A DNA stretch of 64,000 bases, taken from Novakomyces olei. Its lineage: Eukaryota. Within the stretch, counting starts at the first letter, position 1. Every line of letters starts with the position of its first letter. Of this stretch, positions 1-13,447 are shown piece by piece. Both the position numbers and the translations under genes were made by a program. A model generated the notes under the pieces. The model was not told where the DNA came from, ran no database searches, and worked only from the letters and a program-made list of their open reading frames with translations. The DNA is taken from positions 62,001-126,000 of the forward strand of contig JADEYG010000005.1 of assembly GCA_016906335.1 (NCBI GenBank). The letters are read 5' to 3'.

Positions 1-115
1 GTATTGTTCTAAAGTAAACTGTTGGATTTTCCTGTATCTGGGTGGATTTTTTTCACTGCTTTCTCCCACATTTTAATATTGTGTTGAGTATGAATGTGGG
101 TTCAATACTAATCAG

Positions 116-1066
116 GCAAAAAGCCTAGTAAACATAGTTCTTTTACGCCCCTTTTCCTGGTCGACGTATTTAGGACATATGGCAAATACAAACATTGGCG
201 TATCTGAATACGACAGAAAAGTTCTTTTATTACATGACAGTGTTCTAAGGGTATTTTACTTCTCAAATAATGACGTTGGTTCTATGTCTACGAATGTCGA
301 CGTAATAGAGCTGCTCCGTGAAGTAGAAGCCTGTTTGAAACTTGAAGGAAAATCAGACATTTTGGGGGATATGATCAATTTTGTTGATTTGATACTGTTC
401 AGAATAAATAGAGTTTCTCCAATGCTTACTTCTCCTACTTTGCAGATGCGGCATAGGGCGACTCAGGCTGCAATTAGCATGGTCAGCTCTCTTTTGGGCC
501 TGTACAAGGCTAGCAAAATACAAAACATCTGGGCGGCATGTCACATCATTACTGAGATTTGTTTGTCTCTTTTGGACAGTCTCTGTGTCTCTTTAGATGA
601 ACCAGATGCAATTGAAACACAGTCGCTCACTAATTACGTAACCGTTTGCTTTACAATGTTGAAAAGTCTCACCAAAACTTGGTCACAAGCACGTGCGGGA
701 ATCAAAAGACTCGAGCTGTTCATCAATTCTGTTTTTCACGCATTTGGTCTGGAGTATGACGGTGTAGTGACGCTACTGGCTCCACAGGAAGTTCATGAGC
801 TGATTATACACAATTTAACTTTCCCTCATTGTCAAAAATACTCATCTGGAGTGGATCAAACGGGTATGATTTTACATTGCTTTGAACAGGTCGACAGTAC
901 AAATTTGAACGATTCTGTGTTTGAAAGTCCTCCGCGCGAACTAGATTTGTTGTCAATTGATGAAAGCAGTATCAATTTGCAAGACACATTCGATCACGAC
1001 GAGTTATTCGCCGCATTATTTTCGTCGGCCACAATGAAGGTTGACAAGAATATTCTTCCAACCTGA
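116..1066 (+). CDS. Terminal exon of a probable fungal Zn2Cys6-type transcription factor (C-terminal regulatory region); 5' part lies outside the window
   Basis: TACTAATCAG branch/acceptor ends at 115. The frame is open from 116 (AKSLVNIVLLRPF...) into ORF 179-1066. LLRPF resembles the LLHRP motif of fungal TF middle-homology regions, followed by a helical segment and an acidic tail. No DNA-binding domain is visible in the window. Confidence 0.5.
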   Translation, partial: AKSLVNIVLLRPFSWSTYLGHMANTNIGVSEYDRKVLLLHDSVLRVFYFSNNDVGSMSTNVDVIELLREVEACLKLEGKSDILGDMINFVDLILFRINRVSPMLTSPTLQMRHRATQAAISMVSSLLGLYKASKIQNIWAACHIITEICLSLLDSLCVSLDEPDAIETQSLTNYVTVCFTMLKSLTKTWSQARAGIKRLELFINSVFHAFGLEYDGVVTLLAPQEVHELIIHNLTFPHCQKYSSGVDQTGMILHCFEQVDSTNLNDSVFESPPRELDLLSIDESSINLQDTFDHDELFAALFSSATMKVDKNILPT

Positions 1067-1350
1067 AAAGCTTTTCCGTTCTCTGGGGGTTTTGTGCGTA
1101 AATAGATTTGATGTTGCACGACAAAGGGAAAGAAGTCTTTTGTAAGATTAATTAAATAATTTTTTATTAGACATTTCTGCGCGTAGTCTTGGATAAACCC
1201 TAACCCTGTTAATCCTGATAAGTAAATAATATTACTAATAATGCTACGACTACAAATCATCGTATTCACTACATCTCAAAACTGCTTAAGATTTAACATT
1301 TGTATCATTTATTTCTATTGAACTCAAATTAACGCCAAGTCTTCTTTTGC

Positions 1351-2832
1351 TTAGCACAGGCCTAGCATTACACGATCTTGGTCTTGTGCGCATTCTCCGT
1401 CGTCTTCTTCGGTCATTGACGGAACTGGTACATTTGCCAGGGCTGTGAGTCTGAAAGCGTGCCTACGATCGCCGGCAGGGTAATCAAGAGTTTGCGAATG
1501 CTGAGTACACCTTTGATCCCAGATGAGGACTGTCCCAGGCTGGTACGCCACTCGGCAACTAAAGTCTTGACCTCTATTAATGTGGTCAAATAGGAACTTC
1601 AGCAGGTAGTCTGAGGGTTAGTATGTAAAAACCCACCATATTGAAAAAAATCAAACTATGAATCAAATTTAAGAAATTCAAAAACGCCAGTAGCAAAGAG
1701 ACAAAACAAAACGAAAATAGACAATGAATTGAAAATATAAACTCACTTGATTCGTCTTCGTCATAGCCAACAATACTTTGCGTATACGAAGAGTTTACGA
1801 ATAGATTCTTTTTCCCAGTGAGCGGATGCACCGTTACTACAGGGTGAACTGACGAGTTGATAGGACGCCGCACTACGGATTCTGAACCATTATCACGGAG
1901 TTCCCGAGACACTGCATTGGCGGTAGAATGGACGGCAGTCAGGCCTTCCAAGCGCTTGCGAAATTTTGGCGAAAGACGTTCATAAGCTTTGACAGTCTGT
2001 AACAAGCATTAGTCAAAATCAAACATTTAAAGATTGGCATTCAAAACAATTAAAATAAATAAATAAATAAATAAATTAGACTTGAAATTAAACCCAAAAT
2101 GAATATTGAAAGAAATATGCATCAATTTCAAAACATACATTAGACACGATTGTGTCGCCACCGGCACCGGCAGGCTGTTCCAAAATAGTGAAGAAAGTCA
2201 CTCCAGGAGGTTGAGACTCCGGTGACTGATCGACATGAAACTGGATAGGGCTTTTTCTTGCCCATGACTTTCGAATTCTCAAATCACTATTTTGTTTAGC
2301 TTAAAAGTCTTCCAAATACCTACTCTTTGGAGTCGTAAACAATCACAAATTGTGGAGGCCCGGATTGAGAATGCGGCATCCAACCGTGAACGTGTAAAGG
2401 ACCTAATGTTTTAATTTAAGAAAGCATATTTAAATATACCATAGTGCCTGACAGAATTAGTTTTGATTTCTAACAATTGATAGAACTTACGAAACAATTT
2501 CCATTTGCTTTTCAAAACCAGCATTGGCAAAGTTCTGATCTCTAAAGACGAGACAGCCGCGCTCGGCCACAAGAAGCGCCAATTCGTTCAATGCCTCTTC
2601 GCCGAGTTCGGTCTTAACTTTGTTAATAAAAAGGGAAATGTTTTTTATTTTTGATGGGTCTTACCAGTTGAATGCCCAAAATCTCAGTGCCACAGCTCGG
2701 ACTGAGTTCAGTGACTTTGGTGGCATTCTTTAGCAAGTTGGGCATAGCAGGATCCGCCAAATGGCCGGGGTCCTTATGCTCAAATGGACCCACCGGCTGT
2801 ATCTTTTCGAGTGGATCATAATGAGCTGACAT
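1351..2832 (-). CDS. TauD/TfdA-family Fe(II)/2-oxoglutarate dioxygenase (Jlp1/AtsK-like sulfonate or sulfate-ester dioxygenase), about 6 exons
   Basis: Spliced pieces: ELSPSCGTEILGIQL; FHVDQS (HxD); GGDTIVSN; AYERLS; HPVVTVHPLTGKKNLFVN; IWDQRCTQH (distal His); RHAFR. Exons are bounded by GT...CTAAY...AG introns. Confidence 0.88.
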
Positions 2833-3376
2833 GTAAGAATAAGGCGTTAAACAAATTCTGTCTTACGCAAGTACGCGGGAAAAAGGGGTGCAGATTGCTT
2901 CCTTTCGTCTTCAGAAGCGGACGGCATTTTGTCGAATTTTTTATTGGAGTAGATTTGCAGTTTCCAAAAAGACTTAGTGTTTTTAATTTCTTCGAGATGA
3001 AATTCAAAAGTCTTTTATACCAACAACAGAAAGCGCAAGTAGTATGATTTTGTGTCATTTTGTCCGTTTTGAGCGCTATATTCAGTTTATTCAGTCTTAC
3101 TGACCCGAAAACTCGACTGCCGGATATCGCCGTATCCGATTGCGAATTATAGGCGCGGATATCCGCAGTCATTTGACAAAATCTGTTAAGCGAAAGAAAA
3201 CCCTGTCTGGAACCTGTCAAGTTACGATAAGGCGATAAGCAAATTTGCAATGCTTTAAAAAGACCGTGGTTTGGTCCGGTTAAGCTACTCAACCATTTGA
3301 TCAAAGAGCACTGCAAACGATCATCAATAAAGGAGCTGTCGCTTTGCATTGAGTTTTTCCACTATCTTCGAAGAAA

Positions 3377-5229
3377 ATGGACGGCTCGAAAAAATTGGAC
3401 GCGTCGGAAACGATAACCTCTGCCGGCATGGCCGACTTGGAAGGCACTAAGCCAACAAACATGGCTGCCGTCAAAGCCGTAGAGGCAGGAGATACTCGAG
3501 ATATCGATATTGGTGCAGTTATCATTGCACAAGGAGAGAAAGACGCGATTGAGTGGACGCCGCAGCAGGATAGGCGCCTGATGCGAAGAGTGGATTTTCG
3601 CCTTGTAACTATTGTATGCCAAAACACAAGACCTTTGTTTATCCTGTCCGTTCAGTGTCATTGCAGCTTTTTCTTATACTTTTTCCGTACATACTTCAAG
3701 CCGATAGGCTTTCATTCAACTTCAATACTAACTTCAGCTTTTTGTTTGCGCAACTCTATCTGGTCTTGACAAGTCTGCCATGTCTACGGGTGCTATTTAC
3801 AATATGCGCAAAGATCTTCACTTGACTGGCCAGCAGTATTCGTGGTGCGGTTCTGCTCCCTTTTTTGGAGGGCTTTTGTCTATGGGCCCGCAAGCCTATT
3901 TGTTGCAGAGGTATAACCGGGAACAAGAATAATGAATAAAAGTGGAAAAATATTATGGCTATCTCTCAACATGTTCAGCATTTCTAATATTCAAGGCTTC
4001 CGGCTGTTCCCTTTTTCGCTACAAACTTTTTCTTTTGGGGAGTTCTCGAGATGTGCATGGCTGGGTGCTCTAATTTTGGTGGTCTGTTCACTTGCCGGTT
4101 TTTGCTTGGCGCGTGCGAAGCTATGCTTATTCCTGCTGTGACCCATTTTGTAGGCATGTGGTACCGTCCGGAAGAGCAGCCTCGTCGTAACAGTATCATT
4201 CTTAACGTTGTTGCGCCTATAATCAACGGATTTATTGCTTGGCTTTGCGGCTTCAACCACCACAATTTCCCAACCTGGAAAATCATTTTCCTTGCTATTG
4301 GAGGTTTCAATATCCTTTGGTCCTTCGTAGTGTTCTTTTTCCTGCCAAGCAGTCCGCTGGATGCAAAGTTTCTGAACGACCAAGAGCGATACATGATTGT
4401 AAAGCGCAAAATGGGCGACAATACGGGAATGGAATCGAAGCAATTTAAGATGGATCAATTGGTGGAGGCAGCCAAGGACGTGAAAAACTGGCTTGTTTGG
4501 TTTGCCATTATTGCACTGCAAGTACCCAACGGAGGTCTTACAACTTTCAATACCATTCTTATCCAGAACCTTAACTTTTCGAGCAGAATCACTGCTCTGC
4601 TGGCGATGCCTCCTGGATTCATGAGTACTGCATCCGGAATTATTTTGTCTTACATTGCCTCGCGCACTCGTCGGTATCGTGTTGTGATTGTCGTCGTTTC
4701 AATCTTGCTGCCTTTGGCCGGTGCTATTATCTGTTATTGCGTGCCTCATGATAACATCGCGGGCCAGCTGGTCGGACTTTACATCCTTTACACCTATTGG
4801 GCCCCGTACGTTACTTTGGTGTCGATCTACCAGGCCAATATTTGCGGTCATACGAAGAAAATGTCATTGTAAGAGATACTATATTTTTGAATCAGTTTTT
4901 ACTCACAATTTCAAGGTACGGTTGGTTCTACATTAGTTGGACTGTCGGTAACATCATTGGTCCGCAGACGTTTAGAGCAGGTAATTTTCCCAACTTTTAT
5001 CAAATAATTCTGCTTACTAACAAATCTAGAGCAAGCGCCAACGTATACTGGAGGCACGGTTGCTATGATTGTGTGCTATGCAGTTGCAATCTTCACGATT
5101 TCACTCTACGGCTTCTTTTGCAACTTGTCTAACAAGAAACGTGCCGCCGAAATCCAAAACTATGCTGGCGAAAGCGACTTTTTGGATGTCACAGACATGC
5201 AGAATAAGGGCTTCAAGTATACTACTTGA
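3377..5229 (+). CDS. MFS transporter, allantoate permease (Dal5/Soa1, ACS) family, 5 exons
   Basis: RRVDFRL, LDK, YSWCGS, RFLLGACEA, WYRPEEQPRR, GHTKK, GNIIGPQTF, DVTDMQNKGFKYTT-stop (TGA 5227-5229). Introns start near 3614, 3911, 4869 and 4981. Confidence 0.88.
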
Positions 5230-5900
5230 TTTTTTAGATTTTTAGCTCTAGTTTCTCTTTAATTTATTTGTTACAATTTGTGGACGTCTTGAGCGAGTAT
5301 ATCCACCATATATGCGTTTAGTGCATGCTCCGGATATTCGGCCTATCACATAAACAATATTATATGAGGATAATGTTTATATCCAATGCTTTTCATCCCA
5401 GATGCGGAATCTAGCTCTATCACTATACTCAACTCTAACCCTTCGCCCAGAAAATCGTACTACTCTGTTGTCTGCGGTTACCATATAAACTTGCGTTCAT
5501 AGTTGACGATTTGGCCGGCAAATCAAATAAAGCATGTTTAAAGGCTGCGTATTCAGAATACAATCAAAAAGGCGGAACATTTAAATGAACAAAGATTTGG
5601 CCCCCAAGAACGGTTCCATTCAGATTTGATCTCTTGCACCAAACTTTTAAATCAATACCCTAAGTACATAAAACGTCTTTATCGATACAACACATGCAAA
5701 CGAGCTCTAGATACATTAATTAAAAATTTGGTAAACTGTCGTCTTGCGAGCACCAAACTGCCGTTTGGACCTCCCGATAAATCTCGATCTGATTGAGCCG
5801 TTAAGGCTCGCTTTTGCATCTCGTTTTGCCAGAATGTTGGAAGCCCTGGTCTGAAAATGTTTTGTCTATTAAGAATATTACAAATACTAGCCGATCAAAA

Positions 5901-7740
5901 TCACAATCTAGCCTGAGCGAGGCTCAGCTTTGCGTCTTCTGCAATTAGCTCTGCGGCACGTTCGCCGATGGCTAAAACAGCAACCATAGGATTAATCGTC
6001 ACCATGTCGGGAAAAACGCCAGCATCAGCAATCCTCAGGTTCCTAATGCCGCGTACTTTGAGCTGCGGATCTACCACAGCCTTTGGATCGCGGGCCAGAT
6101 TGCCCATCTTTGTCGTTCCTGCTGGGTGGTAGACGGTGTGAGCAACACGTCTCCCGTACTCTGAAAGATCTTCGTCCGTTTGCACATTTGGTCCCGGAGC
6201 AACTTCGCGCTTGATCCATTCCTTGAAAGGAGACTGTTGCGCGATCTTGCGGGCGGCCTTTAGCCCCGCTACAATAGTGGCAGCATCGTAGCCCTCCGGG
6301 TCTGTAAAGTACCGGAAATCCAAAGCCGGCTTCACACTGGCATCGCTGGACACAAGGTACAATCGGCCGCGAGAACGAGGCCGCGGGATATTGGGGGTCA
6401 TACAAAAAGCATTAATGACCTCATCGTACCCCAGTCGGCTCGTATTCAACGTGAAAGGGATCTGATAACAGTGCATCATGAGATCAGCTGCCTGACCATC
6501 AAACCCAGCAGCATCTGCCGGCTCTCGGCGCAAGAAAATCCCAGCATCAGAGTCCATTGTTGTTTGGTTTGGGGGTACTGGTTTATTTAGTTCCCACAAG
6601 ATAATACTCTCCGGATGGTCCAGCAGGTTTTCCCCGACACCAGGAACATTCTTCACTACGGGAATGCCGAGGCTGTTGAGCTGCTCAGCCGGACCCAATC
6701 CTGAGAGCAGCAAAAGACGTGGGGTATCGATTGCACCAGCGCATAGTATAGTTTCCGCCTTGGCCGAGAGTAAGTGCTGCTCGCCAGATTTTAGGACGAC
6801 ATTTACACCCGTCAAAGCGTCGCCCTCAGAGTTGAAGCAGAGCTTGGAAACCCAGGCGTTGGTCAAAATAGTCAGATTAGGCCGGCTTTCCTCGCCACGA
6901 AGAATTGGGTGAATATAGGCGACACTAGCACTGCTGCGACGTCCGTCATCAGGGTTATATGACACGTTGAAGAAACCGACTCCCTGAGTCAGCTCTCCGT
7001 GCTCCCGAATCTCGTTGTTGAAATTATCGATAATTGGGATTTTCATAGCAGTAGAACACGCCTGAATCCAGTCTTTGCACAATTGGTTTCGGTGGCGCGC
7101 GTGAACGGGCTGAATTGTATTGCGCAATTGGTCAATTAGTCGGGTAAAAGTGGCAAAGTCCCAGCCTTTACAGCCTTTTGCCACCCAATTGCGGCAGTCG
7201 TACTCGAAGGGTCGGAAACTGATCAGTGTATTATGGCTCGAACAGCCGCCCAGCACTTTTGCACGCGAATGGCGAATATGCGAGTTTCCTTTACCGTTAA
7301 CACTTGCACTTGTGGATAGAGAAACAGTTTAATTTTATCACATTATTTTGACCCATTTTTTGACCCATTTTTTGACCCATTTTTTGACCCATTTTTGGCC
7401 CATTTTTGGGCTGCGTTATTTAAGGATCCCTCAATTGCATACGAAAATGAACGGCCCATTGGATTCGGGTTACAATCTTTTTAATTCTCGACTCACCATA
7501 AGGCTGCTCCACAGTGGGGTAGTCGTAATCGAGCTCGCCGCCCAAAAGACCAAGCCATTCCCTCAAATTTAAAACTTTATCGTCCATAAAATCGCTCGGT
7601 CCACCCTCGATTACGAGCACCCGCTTTTCCGGCAGGTACTGCGCCAGGCGCGCTGCAGTCACACATCCCGCCGTTCCACCGCCCACAATTATATAATCAT
7701 AATAATTATTGCTGCCCGTCGGAAGATGATTTGTAGTCAT
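5901..7740 (-). CDS. codA: Choline oxidase (GMC oxidoreductase), 2 exons (intron 7289-7496), C-terminal PTS1-like ARL
   Basis: YDYIIVGGGTAG Rossmann motif; AKVLGGCSSHN (flavinylation His as in Arthrobacter choline oxidase); GENLLDHPE; TVYHPAGT and TINP active-site His/Asn; divergent from BADH. Confidence 0.9.
7347..7410. repeat. 12-bp tandem repeat (TTTTTGACCCAT), about 4 copies plus degenerate copies, in the choline oxidase intron
   Basis: Directly visible in the sequence. Confidence 0.9.
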
Positions 7741-9073
7741 TACGCTCGGCAGAGGTTAGACAGCGGCTTAAACCAACCCGACTTGATTGAGCAAAAAGAT
7801 TTACAAAACAATGGTTTCGAAAAGCAAGAGCTTTGGTTTTATTTTTTTATTTTGATATTTATTTTTTATTTTATTTTTTTACTTTTTTTCTTTTTCTTTT
7901 CTTTTTTTTCTTTTCTTTTTCTTTTCCTCGAAAGACTCAGAAAAGTGTCGATACGTTTGTGCAAAGAAAAGATTTAAAGCCGAATGGAAGGAACGGCAGT
8001 TTATAAAGCACTTGTGACGGCATAGAATACCGGTAGGAACAGTAACGATTAAAAGAATACTCGCCTCCTTATCTGTCTGACTCGCAAGTAATCAGGCGCA
8101 AATTTCTATAGCGCTGTGCGTGTTATGTTATTGGCGCATTGCCCTGCTGCGTTAGTTTGGCGTTACCAAATTTGTCTTACTTTATCTGTTGTCTATGTAT
8201 CCCTCCCAATACTATGCACTGCCCTTATCAGCGAGCGGTGCGTGGTAAAAAGGGCGTAAAAATGGCATTACATTCGCAGGTTTCACTAATCTCATGCCAA
8301 ACGTGGCCCAGTTCGATCGTCGACTGTTGAGTGGGATTACCGATTGCCGGCTCGCGCTGCGGAGGGTGCTCTCCGGTCCAACCAAACAAAATTCCGACCA
8401 ACGATCAATTTCGATAAGCGTCATGTCGATCGTTGAAAGGGCTTAATTATGGTTTGTCGGCGCTGTATACGTGCCTCTAAGAGTTAAAGCGGCCATTAAT
8501 GCTTGGCCACTGCCTATATTCGGCAATTTTGCTACCTGCTGCTATACTTTATGTGACCTGCTCACAATAGGCGAGCTAATTTAAAATAAAACAAAGGTCA
8601 ATAAATAGGCAAAATAAAATACTTCCTTCTTGCAACTACTGACCGCCCTATTGACCGTAATATCGGCCACACTATCGAACTCGGCTTGTCTCTGTTTGCT
8701 ATAGTGTATCAGATCAGCGGCCATTCTCCGTAGCGCCATAGCTCAATCATTGAAAAACTCGAATCATGTATATTCCAACGTACTTTCAGTATAGAACCAG
8801 AGATTGAAGGGTTCACAAGTAGCACAGACTCACAAGTAACACAGAATACTATCTAATTAATTCCTATACTGTCGCGACAGGCTGTATCGCTTACAAAGAT
8901 ACGACAATCAGAGCCCACAATCCCGACGAATGGTCTCAGATCTGGTTCGTTCTATGATTGCAGACCATTGTACGTCGGCAACAATTTAACGGGATCGGCT
9001 ACAGTTTGTTTCTACAATTATCTTGTTTGCTGAGCTTTAGCCATTCGAATTGAGTGGGTGAGTGATTCTGGCC

Positions 9074-10760
9074 ATGTCTGCCGACAAGTCTTTCCCCGAA
9101 CGAGGGCTCTATTATGACGGCCATGTTCAGTCAGCCTCCTCGGGCCGAACGTTTCAGTCAATTAACCCTGCCGATGCAACGATTCTGGCTGATATTCAGA
9201 TAGCCGCAGAGTCAGATATCGATGCTGCTGTTTCATCGGCTGAAAGGGCGTTCCCTACCTGGTCTCAAACACCAGCGATTGAACGTGCTCGAGTATTACA
9301 AAAAGCAGCTTTTATTTTGCGCCAACGCAACGATGAAATTGCACGAGTTGAAACTTTGGATTCTGGCAAAGCGTTTTCAGAAACAGCTGCTGTTGACGTT
9401 GCTACAGGTGCCGATGTGCTCGAATACTATGCAAATTTTATTGGCGGCGGCGGGTTAAATGGTGAAAATATACAGTTGCGCAAGGACGTTTGGGCATACA
9501 CTGTCAAGGCACCGCTCGGTGTTTGCGCCGGAATCGGCGCATGGAACTATCCCATCCAAATGTAGGAGACTTTGTTTGTCGTGAGCGTTCAATGTGTTGT
9601 TTTATACCAGTGTGCTCGCCACTTGTACATTTGTTTTTACATTTATTATTGGCTTTATTTTTTATTTTTTCGTCTCTTTGTCTTTTATAATCCTTTTTGA
9701 ATTGTGTTACATGCCAGTATTGCTGTTTGCATCTCTAACAATAAGCGCTTTATGGAAATCGGCAGCTTGCTTAGCGGCGGGCAATACGATGGTGTACAAA
9801 CCCAGCGAGTTTACTCCTCTCCACGGCCAAACTTTGGCCGAGATTTATACTGAGGCAGGATTACCGGCAGGAGCCTTCAACGTGGTACATGGACCAGGTG
9901 CAGTCGGAGCCTACCTGACGACTCACCCTGGTATTGCAAAAGTATCCTTTACCGGCCAAGTCTCGACGGGTAAGAAAGTAGCAGGGTCGGCCACGTCCAG
10001 CATGAAATACGTCACAATGGAACTCGGAGGCAAGAGCCCACTCATCGTTTGTCCTGATGCTGATTTGGAGACTGCCGTCGATGGAGCAATGATGGCAAAT
10101 TTCTATAGCTCAGGGCAAGTGTGCACAAACGGCACACGTGTTTTCGTCCCACGGCCAATGAAAGCAAGATTTGAACGGTGTCTGCTTGACAAAATTGGTC
10201 ACGTCAGACCGGGTCCATTATTTGACGAAAAGACAAATTTTGGTCCGCTTAGTTCAGCGGCTCACAGGGACAAAGTGGTCGAGTATATTTCACACGGCAT
10301 TTCGGTTGATAATGCTCTGCTTCTGTGCGGCGGACTGGGAAAGCCCAAAGTTCCCGCTGATTTGGAAGCCGGGTACTGGGTTAAGCCAACCGTTTTCACA
10401 GACTGCACTGATTCAATGCGTATTGTAAAAGAGGAGATATTTGGACCTGTCATGTGCGTTTTGTACTATGACACGGTGGAGGAAGCAGTAAGACGCGCAA
10501 ATGCCACTGAGCTAGGGCTAGCGGCCGGAGTTTTTACTAAAGATTTGAATTTGGCGCACAAGGTTATCAATCAACTTGAGGCTGGTATAACCTGGATAAA
10601 TACGTGGGGGGATAGTCCTGCAGAAATGGCTGTAGGAGGCTGGAAGAACAGTGGATTGGGTGTCGAGAACGGTCGGCGGGGGATAGAAGCTTGGCTGCAG
10701 AACAAAAGTACGCTTGTTGATATGAGCGGGTCTGTTGCAACAGTATTTGCAAAGCTTTGA
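9074..10760 (+). CDS. Betaine aldehyde dehydrogenase (ALDH9/BetB-like), 2 exons (intron 9562-9745), C-terminal PTS1 AKL
   Basis: [48 protein letters not shown] (catalytic Cys), [16 protein letters not shown]. Confidence 0.92.
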
Positions 10761-11436
10761 TATTTCTTTGTACTTGAAGGAAGTGAAAATAGCAGTTTTT
10801 GGGTTTTTACCTGTCCACAATTACAAATCAATCGATATCTTTCTGCTAGCAGAACTTTTCTGTTGCTATGTTTATATGCTTTGAATGGTTTCAATAGCAG
10901 TCTAGTACAAAGATAGTCGAGTGAAGTATTAAAGACTTGAAATAAACTTGAGAAATCATGAAACTATGAAATTATTGCATGGCTCGATTGGCATTGTCGT
11001 TTTAGTTAATTGTCAAGCACCCTTTTAAACTTAGTTGGCATCATTATCGTCGCCATCATAAACCTTTGAACCTGTGCGTAAAAAGGGTCTGCCTACTCCT
11101 GACCCCCCTTCTAGGTACAGGCCGAGCTCGCGAGTGATACGAGAAATATTTAATTATATTTGAGTAATACCTAGCTAACCCTAATGGCGATGCTAATGGC
11201 GATGGAATTTGGCGAGGTCAGAGCCATAATACTACGCTCTCATAAAGCCTTAATCCTTAGCGTGGGCTCCTTTTGACTCTACATATCGTCGTCCCGATTT
11301 CTGAGCAATCATTTTTTCACTACGAACGCACACGACTAAATTCAATCTGATTTAAGAGGCAAAGTGCTAGAATAAATCCATCTCACAACAAAGTAAAACA
11401 TAAAGAAGAAATACTTTTTACAAGTTTTTCTATCGC

Positions 11437-13447
11437 TCAAACTTTTGATTCGTCTCTTATCTTTCCATTTTGTGCCAAAGAAGTCTGCACGAAACCCTCT
11501 TCCCCCCGAACAGGTTGCTGATCAATTGCAGCATTTTTCCGTGGACCGATGTAATATTTATTTGCACCCGCAATCCACCAAATAAACGCAAACAGCCCAA
11601 CTCCAGCCAAAACCACAACCGCATAATTCATATTTTCCTTTGTTACCGGCATATACGTAGGGAACAGGAAAATTACAGTAACAAAACTAGTCCAAAGAAC
11701 AGCCCACAAATTAATCCAGAAAGAAAAGGGCCCAAGGTTCCACTGACCCGGTCGGTGCCCGAGCTTTTTACCCCAAATCATCCGTCCTGCGATCGGAATA
11801 CAATAACTCCAGTCTAGTGCAATCGCACATACATTGAAAATAGCAGAAATAGCGATATAAGAGCCGAAATCAATAAACCCTAGCAAAATACAGCAAACGG
11901 CCACCAGCCAAACTCCCGTGATTGGAGTTCCAGAAAAAGGGGCAACTTTTGTCCAAAAAGAAGAGAATGGAAGTGCCTCGTCTCGAGCAAAAGCAAAAGC
12001 TGTACGGCCGTTGGCTTGCATGGCAGTAATTCCGGTAAAGTTCAGGATAATAAAAGCGAAAACGGTAAAAGCGAGACCTCCGCTTTTGCCCAAGACGTTG
12101 TAAAAGATCTGTGCTACTGGTTGGCCGACGACGGAGCTGACAATATCCTCTGGGTTGCCCATCACAAATACAAGGACAATGTTAAACACCCAACCCAGCA
12201 AATACGTCAGCAACAAAGCAGAGCAAATGGCCCACGGGGCCCGTGTCTCTGCCTTTTCAATCTCCTCTGCAATATGAGCAGTGGCATCGTAATCCGTCAT
12301 GCACCAGGCAACTGAGAGAAAGCCAAACAAGAAAGAGAACCCAGGTGGATTCCATCCGCTGCTTGGTTCCACGTGAGTAAAAACGTATGACGTAGCGTGT
12401 GGCGTGTCGCACCGGACAAGCAAAGCTATTATAGCAGCAAAGACCACAATAATATGAAAAATTGCGTAGAATCTTGTAATGCGATCGAGCCAGCCGGTGC
12501 TCAACGAGTTGACGGATGCGTGAAATATAATAATGGCCGCGAATACTCCGACAGTTTGAAAATTGTTTGGCGTATAAGTGAAGTCACTACCCATGGACAC
12601 GGCAGCCAGCAGCATCTGCGCAGCTCCAAAGTCTGTCGATGCAACCCCGGCAATTTGGCCTGTCAAAGAGAGTTAGTAACTTCATGTAGGACTGGAATAT
12701 TGGATTAAGCCTTGATTTTTGGACGTCGGCAAGCAGAAGTCGAGCAAGAATAAAAAATAAATAAGTAAATAAATAAGTAAATAAGTAAATAAATAAATTA
12801 CCCAAAAAATTTAGCCAGCCGCAGACCCACGATACGATGGGCACATATGGTTTTGGAATTACTTCTCCACACACAAAGTAAAGCCCACCAGAAGTCGGGT
12901 ACGACGAAACCAGCTCGGCCACGGAAAGCGCGATGCACATGCACCCGAATCCTCCAATGAGCCACGCCCAAACAATACACGCTGCTCCGCCCGCATCTAG
13001 CGGGTACAAAAATGTTGTCGCAACTGTAGCATAAAGACCCGAAATCGAAAAGGCAAATGAAAACGTAGACAGCATTGAAAACTCGCGTTTGAACACCTGT
13101 GCATTTAGCCGACGCAATGATAACCAGAAATTGAATAACCCCGAATGTCGTGCGTCTTTGAGCGGGAAACAAAAACTACTGTACAAAGGATGGTAAACGG
13201 CAATGTAAATTAAAATTAAATAAATAAATAAAATAAAGGCACAAAGCAAAGACGCCAACGAACGACAGGATTGTGGCAGTATAGTGCTTACCGGCTTGTA
13301 GCCTAACTCGGCGAGCATGCGGTCCTCATTTGAAAGCTCCTGGAGTCCCGGTGCTTCGTTGATGGACGATTCCTTTGCACCAGACGATTCGCCCACACGC
13401 ACCCATTCCGCCGATTTGCCGTTTGCATCCGTCGAGCGAATACTCAT
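11437..13447 (-). CDS. APC-superfamily amino acid/choline (ACT: Uga4/Hnm1/Tpo5-like) permease, 3 exons
   Basis: LAELGYKP|VFKREFS, SVAELVSSYPTSGGLY, MTDYDATAHIAEE, RTAFAFARDEALPFS, NMNYA; about 12 hydrophobic segments. Confidence 0.88.

Noticed and set aside
2816-3349. 177-aa minus-strand ORF
   Set aside because: It fills the TauD/MFS divergent promoter, overlaps the TauD start and has no recognisable motif.
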